The position numbers and the translations under genes are program-made. Under the pieces are notes generated by a model. The model did no database searches, was not told the origin of the DNA, and was given only the letters and a program-made list of their open reading frames with translations. 64,000 nt of DNA from Bdellovibrionales bacterium (lineage in GTDB: Bacteria > Bdellovibrionota > Bdellovibrionia > Bdellovibrionales > UBA1609): assembly GCA_965200875.1 (NCBI GenBank), contig OZ241456.1, positions 128,001-192,000 on the forward strand, in the 5' to 3' direction. Shown in pieces: positions 20,575 through 30,405 of this stretch; position 1 is the stretch's first letter, and each line of letters starts with the position of its first letter.

Positions 20575-23028
20575 ATGAACACAGAAAAACAAAACGAAAA
20601 TATTTTCAATGTGGATATTAATCAGGAGATGAAGGAATCTTATCTTCAATATTCCATGAGTGTGATCGTGGGGCGAGCTTTGCCAGATGTAAGAGATGGC
20701 CTTAAACCGGTTCATCGCCGGATTCTTTTCGCCATGAAAGGCTTAAAAAACACATCTGACAAACCCTATAAAAAATCCGCGAGAGTAGTGGGTGATGTGA
20801 TTGGTAAATACCACCCTCATGGAGATATGGCTGTGTATGACAGCATTGTGAGAATGGCTCAGGATTTTTCTATGCGTCACCCTTTGGTGGATGGCCAGGG
20901 GAACTTTGGTTCTGTGGATGGAGATGCTCCAGCTGCTTCTCGATATACAGAAGTTAGGATGACTCCTCTTGCAGAGTCTCTTTTAGAGGATATTGACAAG
21001 GAAACAGTTTCTTTTGGCTGGAACTATGATGACACTCTTCTTATTCCTCAGGTTTTGCCGGCTCGTTATCCTAATTTGCTGGTCAATGGAAGTGAGGGAA
21101 TTGCTGTGGGTATGGCTTCCCGGGTGCCTCCCCATAATTTGGGAGAAGTGATTTCAGCTTGTGTGGCTTTTATTGAAGATCCTGAAGTGTCAGAGGACAA
21201 ACTTTTAAAAATCGTTCCAGGGCCTGACTTTCCCACCGCCGGAATTATTAAAGCTAAGGCCGGCCTCCTTTCCGCTTATAAAACCGGAAAAGGAATTATT
21301 ACTGTTCAGGCAAAAGCCGAAATCGTCCGGGAAAAAGGAAAAGACCTGATAGTGGTAAAGGAGCTTCCCTATCAGGTAAACAAAGCTCGGTTAATAGAAA
21401 GCATAGCGACTTTGGTCAAGGACAAAAAAATAGAAGGCATATCTGACATAAGAGATGAATCCTCCAGAGAGGGTATGAGGGTTGTGGTGGTTCTGAAAAA
21501 AAAGGAGAACGCAGAAGTTATATTGAATCAACTTTTTAAACACACTAATCTTCAGTCACGGTTTGGAATTATTTTTCTAGCCTTGGATCACCAAAATCAA
21601 CCGCGACTTTTTTCTTTAAAGCAAATGCTTAAATCCTTTACAAGCCATCGCTTGGATGTGGTTACTAAGAGATTGATTTTTGACTTAAGAAAGGCCCGTG
21701 AGAGAGCGCATATCCTAGAGGGTTTGAAAAAAGCTTTGGACTCTATTTCTGAAGTGATTAAAATGATTCGTTCGGCCAAGGATGTACCTTCTGCCCGCCG
21801 GCAACTTAAGGAAAGCTTGGATCTTTCCACAAAACAGGCCCAGGCCATTTTGGATATGCGTCTTCAGAAATTAACCAGCTTGGAAAGAGAAAAAATTGCT
21901 CAGGAATTGGATGGTCTTTTAAAGGAAATTGAGAGCATAAAGTCCACTCTTTCCAATGAATCGGCTTTATATGAAATTATAAAAAAAGAGCTTTTAGATA
22001 TAAAAGAAAAGTTTTCCTCTCCTCGAAAAACCTTAATTGTAGCGGGAGAAGATGAAATTTTGGAGGATAAAGATCTTATTCCAAAAGAAGATGTATTGGT
22101 TACCCTTAATTCTGATGGCGGGGTGAAACAAATTTCTTTGGAAGAGTATCGTCTTCAGAAAAGAGGGGGTACAGGACTCAAAGGGAGTTCTCTAGCCGGA
22201 GACACCAGTGTTTGGAAGAGTCTTTGCGCCAGCACTCACAGTATTTTGTTGGTTTTAACAGATCGAGGAAGGCTTTATTGGCTGGATGTGTTTCGTATTC
22301 CCCGGATGAGTCGTACTTCTAAAGGGCGATCTATTAAAAATTTGGTTCCTCTTCAATCAGACGAAACTGTGCAGGTGGTTATTCCTGTGGAATCCTTTTC
22401 GCAGGAAGGGGCAAATCTTTGCCTAGTGACTAAAAAAGGATTATTTAAAAAATCCTCCTTGAAGTTTTTTTCCAATCCGCGTAAAGGAGGAGTGATTGCC
22501 ATTGATATGAATGAAGAAGATCATCTTGTTTCTGCTTGTGTCAGTTCTTCCGATGAGGATATTTTTATTTTCACAAAAAAAGGTTTTTGTATTCGCTTTG
22601 CAGAAGAAAGTGTGCGCCCAATTGGTCGCAAAGCTCGCGGGGTGCGAGGTCTTTCTTTGCGAAAAGGTGATGAAGTTATCAGCATGGATAATGTGAGCAA
22701 AGATACAAAAGCCTCCTATATGACAGTTACGGAAAAAGGGTATGGCAAAAGAACTTTGTTAAAAGAGTGTAGAGCGCAAAGAAGAGGAGGTAAGGGGATT
22801 ACAGCTCATAAAGTCACGGAAAGAACAGGTGATGTGGTTTGTTCTCATTTGGTGGAGGACTTTCATCAGCTTCTTATAATGACCAATCAAGGTCAATCCA
22901 TTCGATTTTCCTGTCGGGAAATTTCTGTTATTGGTCGTTCAGCTCAAGGGGTGCGTTTAATGAAACTGAAAACTGGAGAACAGATAAGAAGTGCAAGTCT
23001 TTTAAATTATGAATATAAAAACCCGTAA
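20575..23028 (+). CDS. gyrA: DNA gyrase subunit A
   Basis: RALPDVRDGLKPV, YHPHGD, RYTE, GyrA-box QKRGGTG. Confidence 0.98.
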   Translation: MNTEKQNENIFNVDINQEMKESYLQYSMSVIVGRALPDVRDGLKPVHRRILFAMKGLKNTSDKPYKKSARVVGDVIGKYHPHGDMAVYDSIVRMAQDFSMRHPLVDGQGNFGSVDGDAPAASRYTEVRMTPLAESLLEDIDKETVSFGWNYDDTLLIPQVLPARYPNLLVNGSEGIAVGMASRVPPHNLGEVISACVAFIEDPEVSEDKLLKIVPGPDFPTAGIIKAKAGLLSAYKTGKGIITVQAKAEIVREKGKDLIVVKELPYQVNKARLIESIATLVKDKKIEGISDIRDESSREGMRVVVVLKKKENAEVILNQLFKHTNLQSRFGIIFLALDHQNQPRLFSLKQMLKSFTSHRLDVVTKRLIFDLRKARERAHILEGLKKALDSISEVIKMIRSAKDVPSARRQLKESLDLSTKQAQAILDMRLQKLTSLEREKIAQELDGLLKEIESIKSTLSNESALYEIIKKELLDIKEKFSSPRKTLIVAGEDEILEDKDLIPKEDVLVTLNSDGGVKQISLEEYRLQKRGGTGLKGSSLAGDTSVWKSLCASTHSILLVLTDRGRLYWLDVFRIPRMSRTSKGRSIKNLVPLQSDETVQVVIPVESFSQEGANLCLVTKKGLFKKSSLKFFSNPRKGGVIAIDMNEEDHLVSACVSSSDEDIFIFTKKGFCIRFAEESVRPIGRKARGVRGLSLRKGDEVISMDNVSKDTKASYMTVTEKGYGKRTLLKECRAQRRGGKGITAHKVTERTGDVVCSHLVEDFHQLLIMTNQGQSIRFSCREISVIGRSAQGVRLMKLKTGEQIRSASLLNYEYKNP

Positions 23029-23827
23029 AAGTATAATGGTAGTGGGGCTTTTGTTTTTTTCCTCCTCCTGTTTTTATTTTATTTCTCCGCTGAGAAGAGC
23101 GGAAAAAGCTCTTAAGAAAGTTCAATGTGAAAAGGCTAGGAAGTTTTTCACTTTGGCACCGGAAAAAAGCTTAAAGTTTGCGGAAAAAGCCGCTAAGATT
23201 TGCCGGCGAAAAAGCCCTGAAGATTCCCTTTGGTTTTATCAATATCTTTCCTTAAGAGAAAAGGATAAAAAAAGAAGATGGATGTTTGAGGAAATACAGG
23301 CTGGGATTTTTTTTGAGGATATGAAAAATTATGAAAAATCCCTAGAAACTTATTTTTTTTTAAAAGAACAAAATTTATCAAAAACCAAAAATCATTTTTA
23401 TTCCTTTCGTATCGCGCTTTCTTATTTTGAAACCGGAAAATGGGAAATGAGTTTAAAGGAAGTGAACATATTGTTAAATAAACTTTTGGTAGGGAGGAAA
23501 AATCTTTTACAGAATCAAAAAAGCAACTCCCAGGAATTTTTGATGAAAGCCTTGTTTCTCAAAGCCCGGATTTTGTTAATGCAGGAAAAATATGAGTTGG
23601 CGGAAAAGGAATTTGGAAAAATTCAGAAAATCGCACCAGGTTTTTTTAAGGACAATAATTTATTTCTTTATTTATCTTTTATTTATGAATCCAGAAAGGA
23701 GTTTCATCGGGCTATTTCAGAGCTGAAAAAATTTCAGAGTACATCAGAATTTTTGGCTGATAAGGTAAAAAGGCTTAAGATAAGGAAAAACAATCAACCA
23801 GGGTCCGCTTTTAGAGGAAATTTGTAG
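23009..23827 (+). CDS. TPR-repeat exported/lipoprotein
   Basis: Signal-like N-terminus with SSSC, helical TPR-like segments (FRIALSYFETG, ARILLMQEKYELA). Confidence 0.65.
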   Translation: MNIKTRKSIMVVGLLFFSSSCFYFISPLRRAEKALKKVQCEKARKFFTLAPEKSLKFAEKAAKICRRKSPEDSLWFYQYLSLREKDKKRRWMFEEIQAGIFFEDMKNYEKSLETYFFLKEQNLSKTKNHFYSFRIALSYFETGKWEMSLKEVNILLNKLLVGRKNLLQNQKSNSQEFLMKALFLKARILLMQEKYELAEKEFGKIQKIAPGFFKDNNLFLYLSFIYESRKEFHRAISELKKFQSTSEFLADKVKRLKIRKNNQPGSAFRGNL

Positions 23828-23951
23828 CTGTTTTTTGTGGGGTAAAAGAATGAGATTTTTTGAAGGCTTTTTTTCGGGCTGATTCTTCGGGTTGAAAGTG
23901 TTTGCATAAAAAGCTAAAACAACTATAAACAGCCTTGGAGGAGGGGGCCTG

Positions 23952-24641
23952 ATGGTACATTTTGAATGGTTGGGGCTTTTGCCTTTTCTGGAAAGCGAAA
24001 ACCTGCACATAGCTAATATGTTGCTGGTTTGCTTTTTATTGTTATTGCTGACTTTTTTTGCAAAGCGGGCTTTAAGAAGATCAAAAGATCCTTTAATGCC
24101 CGAAAGCCGGCTTTCCGTAAAGGCTTTTATGGAAAATTTTACTTCAACTATTACAGCTTTATCTGATTTAGTGGTGGGGCAGAAAGGTCGTATATTTGTT
24201 CCTTTTTTTGCGAGCCTCTTTTTGTTTGTCTGGTTGAGTAATTTATTGGGATTGGTGCCAGGGATGAGTGCTACTACAGGAAATGTCAACACGACTTTGG
24301 CTTTGGGAATATTTTCTTTTTTTGTTTATAATATTTACGGTTTTAAAGAGCACGGCTGGTCGTATTTAAAACAACTCATGGGGCCGGTTTTGTTTTTAGC
24401 CCCCTTGATGTTTGTGATTGAACTTATATCTCATCTGGTGCGCCCTTTAAGTCTCGGACTTAGGCTTTACGGCAATATGGTGGGGGATCATACGGTTCTT
24501 TCCATTTTTTTAAATATGGCACCTTTTTTTATCCCGGTTATTTTTTATTTTCTGGGGTTTTTTGTTTGCACTATGCAGGCTTTTATTTTCACGATTTTAA
24601 GTATGGTTTATATGAGCATTGCTTTGTCTCATGATCATTGA
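23952..24641 (+). CDS. atpB: ATP synthase F0 subunit a
   Basis: SNLLGLVPG, RPLSLGLRLYGN, QAFIF. Confidence 0.97.
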   Translation: MVHFEWLGLLPFLESENLHIANMLLVCFLLLLLTFFAKRALRRSKDPLMPESRLSVKAFMENFTSTITALSDLVVGQKGRIFVPFFASLFLFVWLSNLLGLVPGMSATTGNVNTTLALGIFSFFVYNIYGFKEHGWSYLKQLMGPVLFLAPLMFVIELISHLVRPLSLGLRLYGNMVGDHTVLSIFLNMAPFFIPVIFYFLGFFVCTMQAFIFTILSMVYMSIALSHDH

Positions 24642-24697
24642 TTTTTTTAAAAGAACATTATAAATAACTTATAAATAAAAACGGAGGGAAAAAGAAA

Positions 24698-25030
24698 ATG
24701 AAAAAAATACTTTGGAATATTTATTTAACAGCATTGGTTTTTGGCCTTGGTCTTGTATCCTGTTTTCAGGCTTATGCTGAGGGAGTGGCTGAAGAAGCAA
24801 GTGGTGGTGGAGGACTCTACGCTTTAGCTGCGGGAATGGCTATTGCCATAGCTGCTTTTGGTGGAGCTTTGGGACAAAGTCGTGTAGGAGCTGCGGCAAT
24901 GGAAGGTATTGCCCGAAATCCTCAATCTCAAAAAATTATGTTTATCCCTATGATTATAGTGTTGGCACTGATTGAATCTTTTGTGATTTTTTCTTTTGCT
25001 ATTGCCATGATTATAGCTGGTAAAATTTAA
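24698..25030 (+). CDS. atpE: ATP synthase F0 subunit c (N-terminal signal-like extension)
   Basis: GIARNP, ALIES. Confidence 0.96.
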   Translation: MKKILWNIYLTALVFGLGLVSCFQAYAEGVAEEASGGGGLYALAAGMAIAIAAFGGALGQSRVGAAAMEGIARNPQSQKIMFIPMIIVLALIESFVIFSFAIAMIIAGKI

Positions 25031-25042
25031 CTGGGATTTTTA

Positions 25043-26455
25043 TTATATATTCAGCCAGTGGTAAAAATGTTTTTTTATTTTTTCCACAGCTTGTTTGTTT
25101 TTTCCTCCAAATCGAAAAGTCCATTCATTTTGTGTGTTGGATGTACGAGCTAGGCCCCAGGCCAGACCTGGAAAACTCACTCGTACTCCATCTATAGAGG
25201 AAACCTGTGCAGACTTTTGGGCTTTATAGAATTTTTTTAAATGTTCAAGTTTTTTTTTGGCCTGAACCATATTGGAAATGGACTTTCGGATTTCCGGGGT
25301 TTCGAAACTGTTTTTTTTAAAAATCATATCTTCCGGGGTTTTGTTTTTTCTCATGCAGATATTTATTAATCTGAGAAGTCCATATAGTCCGTCATCCAGA
25401 GGAAAAAAATCGTCACAAAAAAAGAAGTGGCCACTTAACTCCCCGCCAAAAATAGCTTTTTCCTTTAAGGTTTTTTGCCGTATCAGGCTGTGTCCCGATT
25501 TCCCTATAAGGGTTTTCACTTTTTTTCTCTTTAAAAAATCAAAAAACCAGTCACCACATTTTACATCCACCACGAAGCTTGGATTTTTGGGCTTTCGATT
25601 TAAAATATCAGTGATGAAAAGAGACATAAGTTCATCTCCTTCTAGGACTTTTCCACTCTTTCCCACAATAACTAGGCGATCTCCATCCCCATCAAAAGCC
25701 GCACCAAATTCACAGTTTTTTGTTTCCATGATTTTTTTCAGATCTCTTAGATTTTTTTCAAAAGAAGGATCAGGAGGATGATTGGGGAACCGACCATCTG
25801 GAGTAGTATGGAGCCAATGGATTTTTAAAGGAAGGTTAAGGGCCTTAAAAAGCCTTTTGGCCAGAGGGCCACTGGCCCCGTTGGCACAGTCAATGGCAAT
25901 GTTTTTGAGAGGGGAAAGGGGACGGTAATGATGGAGTTTTTGTTTGTGAAAAGCAATATAAGGGGATTTGATGTCAAAGAGAATGTTTTTTCCTCTTGGC
26001 AGGCTTTGAAGGGGAGAAAAAGAAGAGGAATCGGCTATTTTTTTTAATTGTAAAATTTTTCTTCCGCAAACAGATTTTTTGTTCAGAATCATTTTAAAAC
26101 CATTGAAGTTTGGAGGATTGTGGCTCGCGGTTATCATAAGGCTCGCTTTAATATTTTTCATAAAATAACTAGAGAAAAAGCAAACTGGTGAAGGAACTAG
26201 ACCTAAAAAGTACACATCTGCGCCAGCTTGGTTTAAAAACTTTGACAAATATTTGGCAATCTCTGGACTGCTTAAACGGGAGTCGTGCCCTAAAGCTAAA
26301 GCCAGTTTTTTCTTTTGAGCTTGAGGTTTTTTTGGATAAAGACATAAGTGAACAAAAGAAAAGGCCAGAATCTTTACAAACTCAAGGTCAAAGTCCTTTT
26401 TATAAATTCCTCTTATGTCGTTTTTTCTGAAAATATCTGGGTTCCAAGTTTTCAT
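25043..26455 (-). CDS. Phosphomannomutase/phosphoglucomutase
   Basis: NDIRG, TASHNP, DGDGDR, GELSGH. Confidence 0.95.
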   Translation of the reverse strand: MKTWNPDIFRKNDIRGIYKKDFDLEFVKILAFSFVHLCLYPKKPQAQKKKLALALGHDSRLSSPEIAKYLSKFLNQAGADVYFLGLVPSPVCFFSSYFMKNIKASLMITASHNPPNFNGFKMILNKKSVCGRKILQLKKIADSSSFSPLQSLPRGKNILFDIKSPYIAFHKQKLHHYRPLSPLKNIAIDCANGASGPLAKRLFKALNLPLKIHWLHTTPDGRFPNHPPDPSFEKNLRDLKKIMETKNCEFGAAFDGDGDRLVIVGKSGKVLEGDELMSLFITDILNRKPKNPSFVVDVKCGDWFFDFLKRKKVKTLIGKSGHSLIRQKTLKEKAIFGGELSGHFFFCDDFFPLDDGLYGLLRLINICMRKNKTPEDMIFKKNSFETPEIRKSISNMVQAKKKLEHLKKFYKAQKSAQVSSIDGVRVSFPGLAWGLARTSNTQNEWTFRFGGKNKQAVEKIKKHFYHWLNI

Positions 26456-27430
26456 TCAGCCTTTTCCATTAGTTTCCGGGGAGGTTAAGTGTTGTATTGC
26501 CCATGATAAAGCCTGTTTCATGGAATCCGCATTTGCTTTATTTTGTCCAAAAATATCCTGAGCTTTGCCGTGGCTGACACTGACTCTCAAAAACGGAAGC
26601 CCAAGGCTAATTTGAAAACTTTTTTTCCCGTGAATCATTTTAAAGGGAATCAGGGCTTGATCATGGTAAAGACAAAGATACATAAAATATTTTTTCCAGT
26701 TTTCTTTAAGGAAAGCGACATCAGGTACTAACGGCCCTTTCACTTTCTTTTTCCATTTTTTAAGTTCGGTTTTCAGTAAAATCTCCTCTTTTCCCAAAAG
26801 CCCTTCTTCTCCTGCGTGGGGGTTTAACCCCAAAACCCCTAAGGGTTTGGAGTTAGGGAAAGTGAACAGTTTTTTTTTGAACTTCAGGCAAAGAGAAATA
26901 CATTTATGCAGACTCTCTTTTTCAAAGCTTATTTTTTTTAAGGGAACATGGCCTGTAAGCAAAGCCACATTAAAGTACTCCCCCAGAAAAGTCATAAAAA
27001 CAAAGTCACTTTTGGTGAGTTTTTTTAATAAATCTGTATGGCCTTTTTCTTTAAACTTTTCTTTTTTCATCTGTGTTTTGGAAAGAGGACCCGTTACCAA
27101 AGCTTGGTTTTTTTTGTTTTTTAAACAAAGTGTTCCAGCCTCAGCCACCCACTTGGTGGGAGTGGGGGGACAAGCCATATCCCATAAGACAGCAGGATTT
27201 TTCTTAGTTCTCCAAAAGCTTTCCTTAAGAAGTTTTTCGGGAGAGGGAAGGGGTACGTTTACGATCTGAAACCTTTTATTGATCAGCTGAAATATTTGCC
27301 GGGGGGTTTCAGTGGCTCTCCACAGCACAAAGTGTATGTCTTTTACAGGGGCAAGTTGGCTTAAGGCTTTTAAGCTGACTTCCAACCCAATGCCGTCCAG
27401 ATCTCCTGTTGTGATATGAATGATTTTCAT
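26456..27430 (-). CDS. pdxA: PdxA family dehydrogenase
   Basis: GDLDGIGLE, GLNPHAGE, YHDQ, GLPFLRVSVSHG. Confidence 0.93.
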   Translation of the reverse strand: MKIIHITTGDLDGIGLEVSLKALSQLAPVKDIHFVLWRATETPRQIFQLINKRFQIVNVPLPSPEKLLKESFWRTKKNPAVLWDMACPPTPTKWVAEAGTLCLKNKKNQALVTGPLSKTQMKKEKFKEKGHTDLLKKLTKSDFVFMTFLGEYFNVALLTGHVPLKKISFEKESLHKCISLCLKFKKKLFTFPNSKPLGVLGLNPHAGEEGLLGKEEILLKTELKKWKKKVKGPLVPDVAFLKENWKKYFMYLCLYHDQALIPFKMIHGKKSFQISLGLPFLRVSVSHGKAQDIFGQNKANADSMKQALSWAIQHLTSPETNGKG

Positions 27431-28350
27431 TTGTTAATTTGCACAAAAGAGGTTTTCTTTTTTTGCTCCAACCAGTTCTTAAGCTCTTTTTTAAACAAGT
27501 CCTTAAATAAAACTGTAAATAGTTTTTCTTTTCTTTTTTTGTTTTTAGTGGTGATAACCGGTGTTTTCCAAAGAGCTTTGAAAATATGATACCCGGAGGG
27601 AAGAGATAAGACCTGAGAAATTTGTCCAATGGAAAGGGCTTTAAGGGCTTTTTGGATCATGGGGTGCATAGAGGAAAGCTGGATTTTTTTAAGAGTTTCT
27701 TTTTTCTCTCCTTTTTTTTCAGGTGCCCATTTATCAAAGGAGGCGGGATCTTTTGAAAAAAGAAGATAATTTTTTTGAGCTTGTTTTTTTCCTTCCTTTG
27801 TTTGTGGAAAAAGTACATAAGAAAGCTCATACTCGAAAGTGTTAAAAAGGGTTTTCCCCTCTTTTTGAAGAGCATATTCGTTGAGATCTTGATTGGAAAT
27901 TCTTATTTTTTCCATAATTTCCTTTTGTATGAGAAGATTCCTCAGGATGGACTTTTTTAAAAATGCTTTGTAAGAGGAAGAAGTGAAATGATTTTTAACG
28001 AGCTTCCGGCTAAAGGCTTTTTTGGATAAACCCATTTGTTTTCTTCGTTTGCTTAATTCCTTTTGGAAAAAGTTTTGTCCTATTTCCGTTTTTGGGGCAA
28101 AGAGATCTAGGAGTTTTTCATAAACCAAAAACTCCAAAAGTGTGGAATCTTTTTTTTTAAGTGTGGACTTTGAAAAAAGAGTGAGCAGAGGAGAGTCTTC
28201 CAGAAAACCTGTTTTCAATCTTTTGCGGGTTTCTTTTAAATCCATGAGGCTTATCATTTCCCCTTCCACAGTGGCCAGAGTTTTTTCCACAGTTTGAGCT
28301 GGCAGGAAACCACAAAAGAAAGCAAGAAAAAAACTTAAAATGTATTTCAT
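27427..28350 (-). CDS. surA: SurA-like periplasmic chaperone
   Basis: Signal peptide, VEKTLATVEGEMIS SurA N-terminus, degenerate PpiC (GYHIFK); precedes pdxA. Confidence 0.75.
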   Translation of the reverse strand: MKYILSFFLAFFCGFLPAQTVEKTLATVEGEMISLMDLKETRKRLKTGFLEDSPLLTLFSKSTLKKKDSTLLEFLVYEKLLDLFAPKTEIGQNFFQKELSKRRKQMGLSKKAFSRKLVKNHFTSSSYKAFLKKSILRNLLIQKEIMEKIRISNQDLNEYALQKEGKTLFNTFEYELSYVLFPQTKEGKKQAQKNYLLFSKDPASFDKWAPEKKGEKKETLKKIQLSSMHPMIQKALKALSIGQISQVLSLPSGYHIFKALWKTPVITTKNKKRKEKLFTVLFKDLFKKELKNWLEQKKKTSFVQINK

Positions 28351-28370
28351 ATATTTTCCGTTCAACAAAA

Positions 28371-28390
28371 CCCGATAAAGCTTTATCGGG
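28371..28390. repeat. Perfect 20-bp palindrome
   Basis: CCCGATAAAGCTTTATCGGG in the intergenic gap upstream of surA. Confidence 0.85.
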
Positions 28391-28458
28391 AATGAGGAAA
28401 AAAGTCAAATGTCCAGTAGTCTTTTTATTGACCGGAAAGTGAAACGAAACGGGCTTTG

Positions 28459-29403
28459 CTAAAGGAGTTTTACTTTTATTTTTTTTAAATCGGATTCATT
28501 TTTTAAGATCTTTGCTTTCCGGCTTTCTGTATCCAACCATTTTGCAAAAAGAGCTTTTCTCTTTTGTGTCAAAAGAATTTTTCGAATTTCTTTTTTTGCA
28601 GTGGAAAAAGGGCTTAACTGCTCAGATTTTTTGTCCAATACCTGTATGATGTGATAGCCGTAAGCACTGGGCCAAATCGGGCTTATCTCGTTTTTTTTAA
28701 GAGTAAAAGCTTGGTCAAATACAGGAAGTGTGTTTTTTTCCACCCACTCTGCTCGTATAATTTGTGAGCTTTTGAGGAAGTGTTTTGCCCCGGTAATGAG
28801 ATTTTTTTCCAACTTCAAAGCCTGTTTTACTTTTAATAAAGGTTCTTTTTTTTTATGAAAAAGATGATGAATGAGAATCCGTGGGGGGTTTTTAAAAAAA
28901 CTTAAATGGCTTTGATAATATTCCTGCATTTCTTTTTCTGTTGGTTCTTTTGCCTGAGAGCTGATTTTTTGGCTTACTTTTTCATAAAGCAGTTTGTTTT
29001 TGACAATTTTTTTCCAGTCCTTTTTAGTTATTTTTTTTCTTTTCAAATACAGAAAAAAAATTTCATCACTGGGATAGTCTTTTTTTATTTTTTTCAAGCC
29101 GTGATTTAATTCCTCCGGGGAAATAAAGACAGAGTGTGTCTTTGCCCACTTTTGCACCAAATGGGCCATAAGAAGATCCACTATAAGTTGTTCTTTAATG
29201 TTTTCTAGGAGCTTTTCATTTTGAAAATCTTTAAGATTTAAGGTTTGTATTTTTTGGGCTAACAGTTTAGCAAACTGTCGATGTGTCCATTTTTCGGAAT
29301 TGATTTGCAAAATTACAAGATCTTTGGAAAAGAGGGGACAAGAAGTTAAAGTTAAAAAACTTAACAAAAGTGTTATCCGTATGGAGAATGTGAAAATCTT
29401 CAT
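28459..29403 (-). CDS. PpiC-type peptidylprolyl isomerase/foldase (lipoprotein-like)
   Basis: FDQAFTL..EISPI.SAYGYHIIQV. Confidence 0.85.
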   Translation of the reverse strand: MKIFTFSIRITLLLSFLTLTSCPLFSKDLVILQINSEKWTHRQFAKLLAQKIQTLNLKDFQNEKLLENIKEQLIVDLLMAHLVQKWAKTHSVFISPEELNHGLKKIKKDYPSDEIFFLYLKRKKITKKDWKKIVKNKLLYEKVSQKISSQAKEPTEKEMQEYYQSHLSFFKNPPRILIHHLFHKKKEPLLKVKQALKLEKNLITGAKHFLKSSQIIRAEWVEKNTLPVFDQAFTLKKNEISPIWPSAYGYHIIQVLDKKSEQLSPFSTAKKEIRKILLTQKRKALFAKWLDTESRKAKILKNESDLKKIKVKLL

Positions 29404-30284
29404 AAGGGGATATTATTTAACAAAGCTGTATTGGTTTGTATTTTGAATTTGGATTTTAAGCTATTAAAATACTTTTTTAAAACCTGACTTCTTTTTTGAT
29501 CGAAGTAGGCCGCTTTTATTTGTGTGCGATTGGCTTCCCCAAAGGGAATTTTACGATTAAGTTTGACAATGTAAAAGCCGGTACCGGTTCTTATAGGATT
29601 GGAAATTTGTCCGTTCTTCATACTTTGAAGTTTTTTATAAATGGTGGGATAAATAGTATGACGAGAACGAGGAATGTTGAGCCTTCCATTTAATCGGTCA
29701 TCAGAGTAGATATCCACCAGATTCGAAAAAGGTTTTTTACTGGCTTTGACTTCCTTATGGATTTTGGTGGCTCTGGCAGTGGTGGTTTTTATTTGTTTGG
29801 CGGTGGGGTTCATGGGGAGATTGATGACGATAAAATTGATGTCAAACTCCGGGTTTTTTTTGTAAAACCTGAGCATGACATTTTTGGATAATTTTTTGGC
29901 AGTTTTATCCACTTTTGCGATTTGCTTTTTGAGTTTTTTTTCCGCAAAGGTTTTATATAAAAGTTGTTCAAAACCTTCTTTCAACAAAGGGTCTTTAAAC
30001 ATATTTCTTATAGCCGGATTTTTGACTAAACGAGGATCATTATAAGCCTGCTCCACTCCTATACGATAGCGCAAGTATTCTTCAAAAAACTTTTTAATGG
30101 GAGGGGTGTTGGGTGCAACAGTTTTAACCGCTTTGTAAGTGTTTACAAATTCCTGGAGCGTGATTTTAATGTTAACGGGTCCTTTTTTTCCAGAATAGGA
30201 GATAGTTGCCAGATTCTCTGCTTGTGCGGAGAAAATGGAAAAAAAACTTAACAGGAAAATAGCGATAATAGAGTGTACACACAT
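29400..30284 (-). CDS. PpiC-type peptidylprolyl isomerase
   Basis: Signal peptide; YSDD, GQISNPIRTGTGFYIVKL. Confidence 0.85.
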   Translation of the reverse strand: MCVHSIIAIFLLSFFSIFSAQAENLATISYSGKKGPVNIKITLQEFVNTYKAVKTVAPNTPPIKKFFEEYLRYRIGVEQAYNDPRLVKNPAIRNMFKDPLLKEGFEQLLYKTFAEKKLKKQIAKVDKTAKKLSKNVMLRFYKKNPEFDINFIVINLPMNPTAKQIKTTTARATKIHKEVKASKKPFSNLVDIYSDDRLNGRLNIPRSRHTIYPTIYKKLQSMKNGQISNPIRTGTGFYIVKLNRKIPFGEANRTQIKAAYFDQKRSQVLKKYFNSLKSKFKIQTNTALLNNIPL

Positions 30285-30405
30285 AAAAAACCTGAACTCC
30301 AGTATATACTTAATTGTTGTTTCGGATCAAGGAAAGAGGACTTTTGTCTGGTTTAGAAAGAGCAGGAAAGTTTCTAAGGGTTGATTTCCAAAGCTAATTT
30401 TTGTT

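Noticed and set aside
24698..25030. Na+-coupled ATP synthase
   Set aside because: Q and ES are present but T and Y of the Na+ signature (ESTxxY) are replaced; ambiguous
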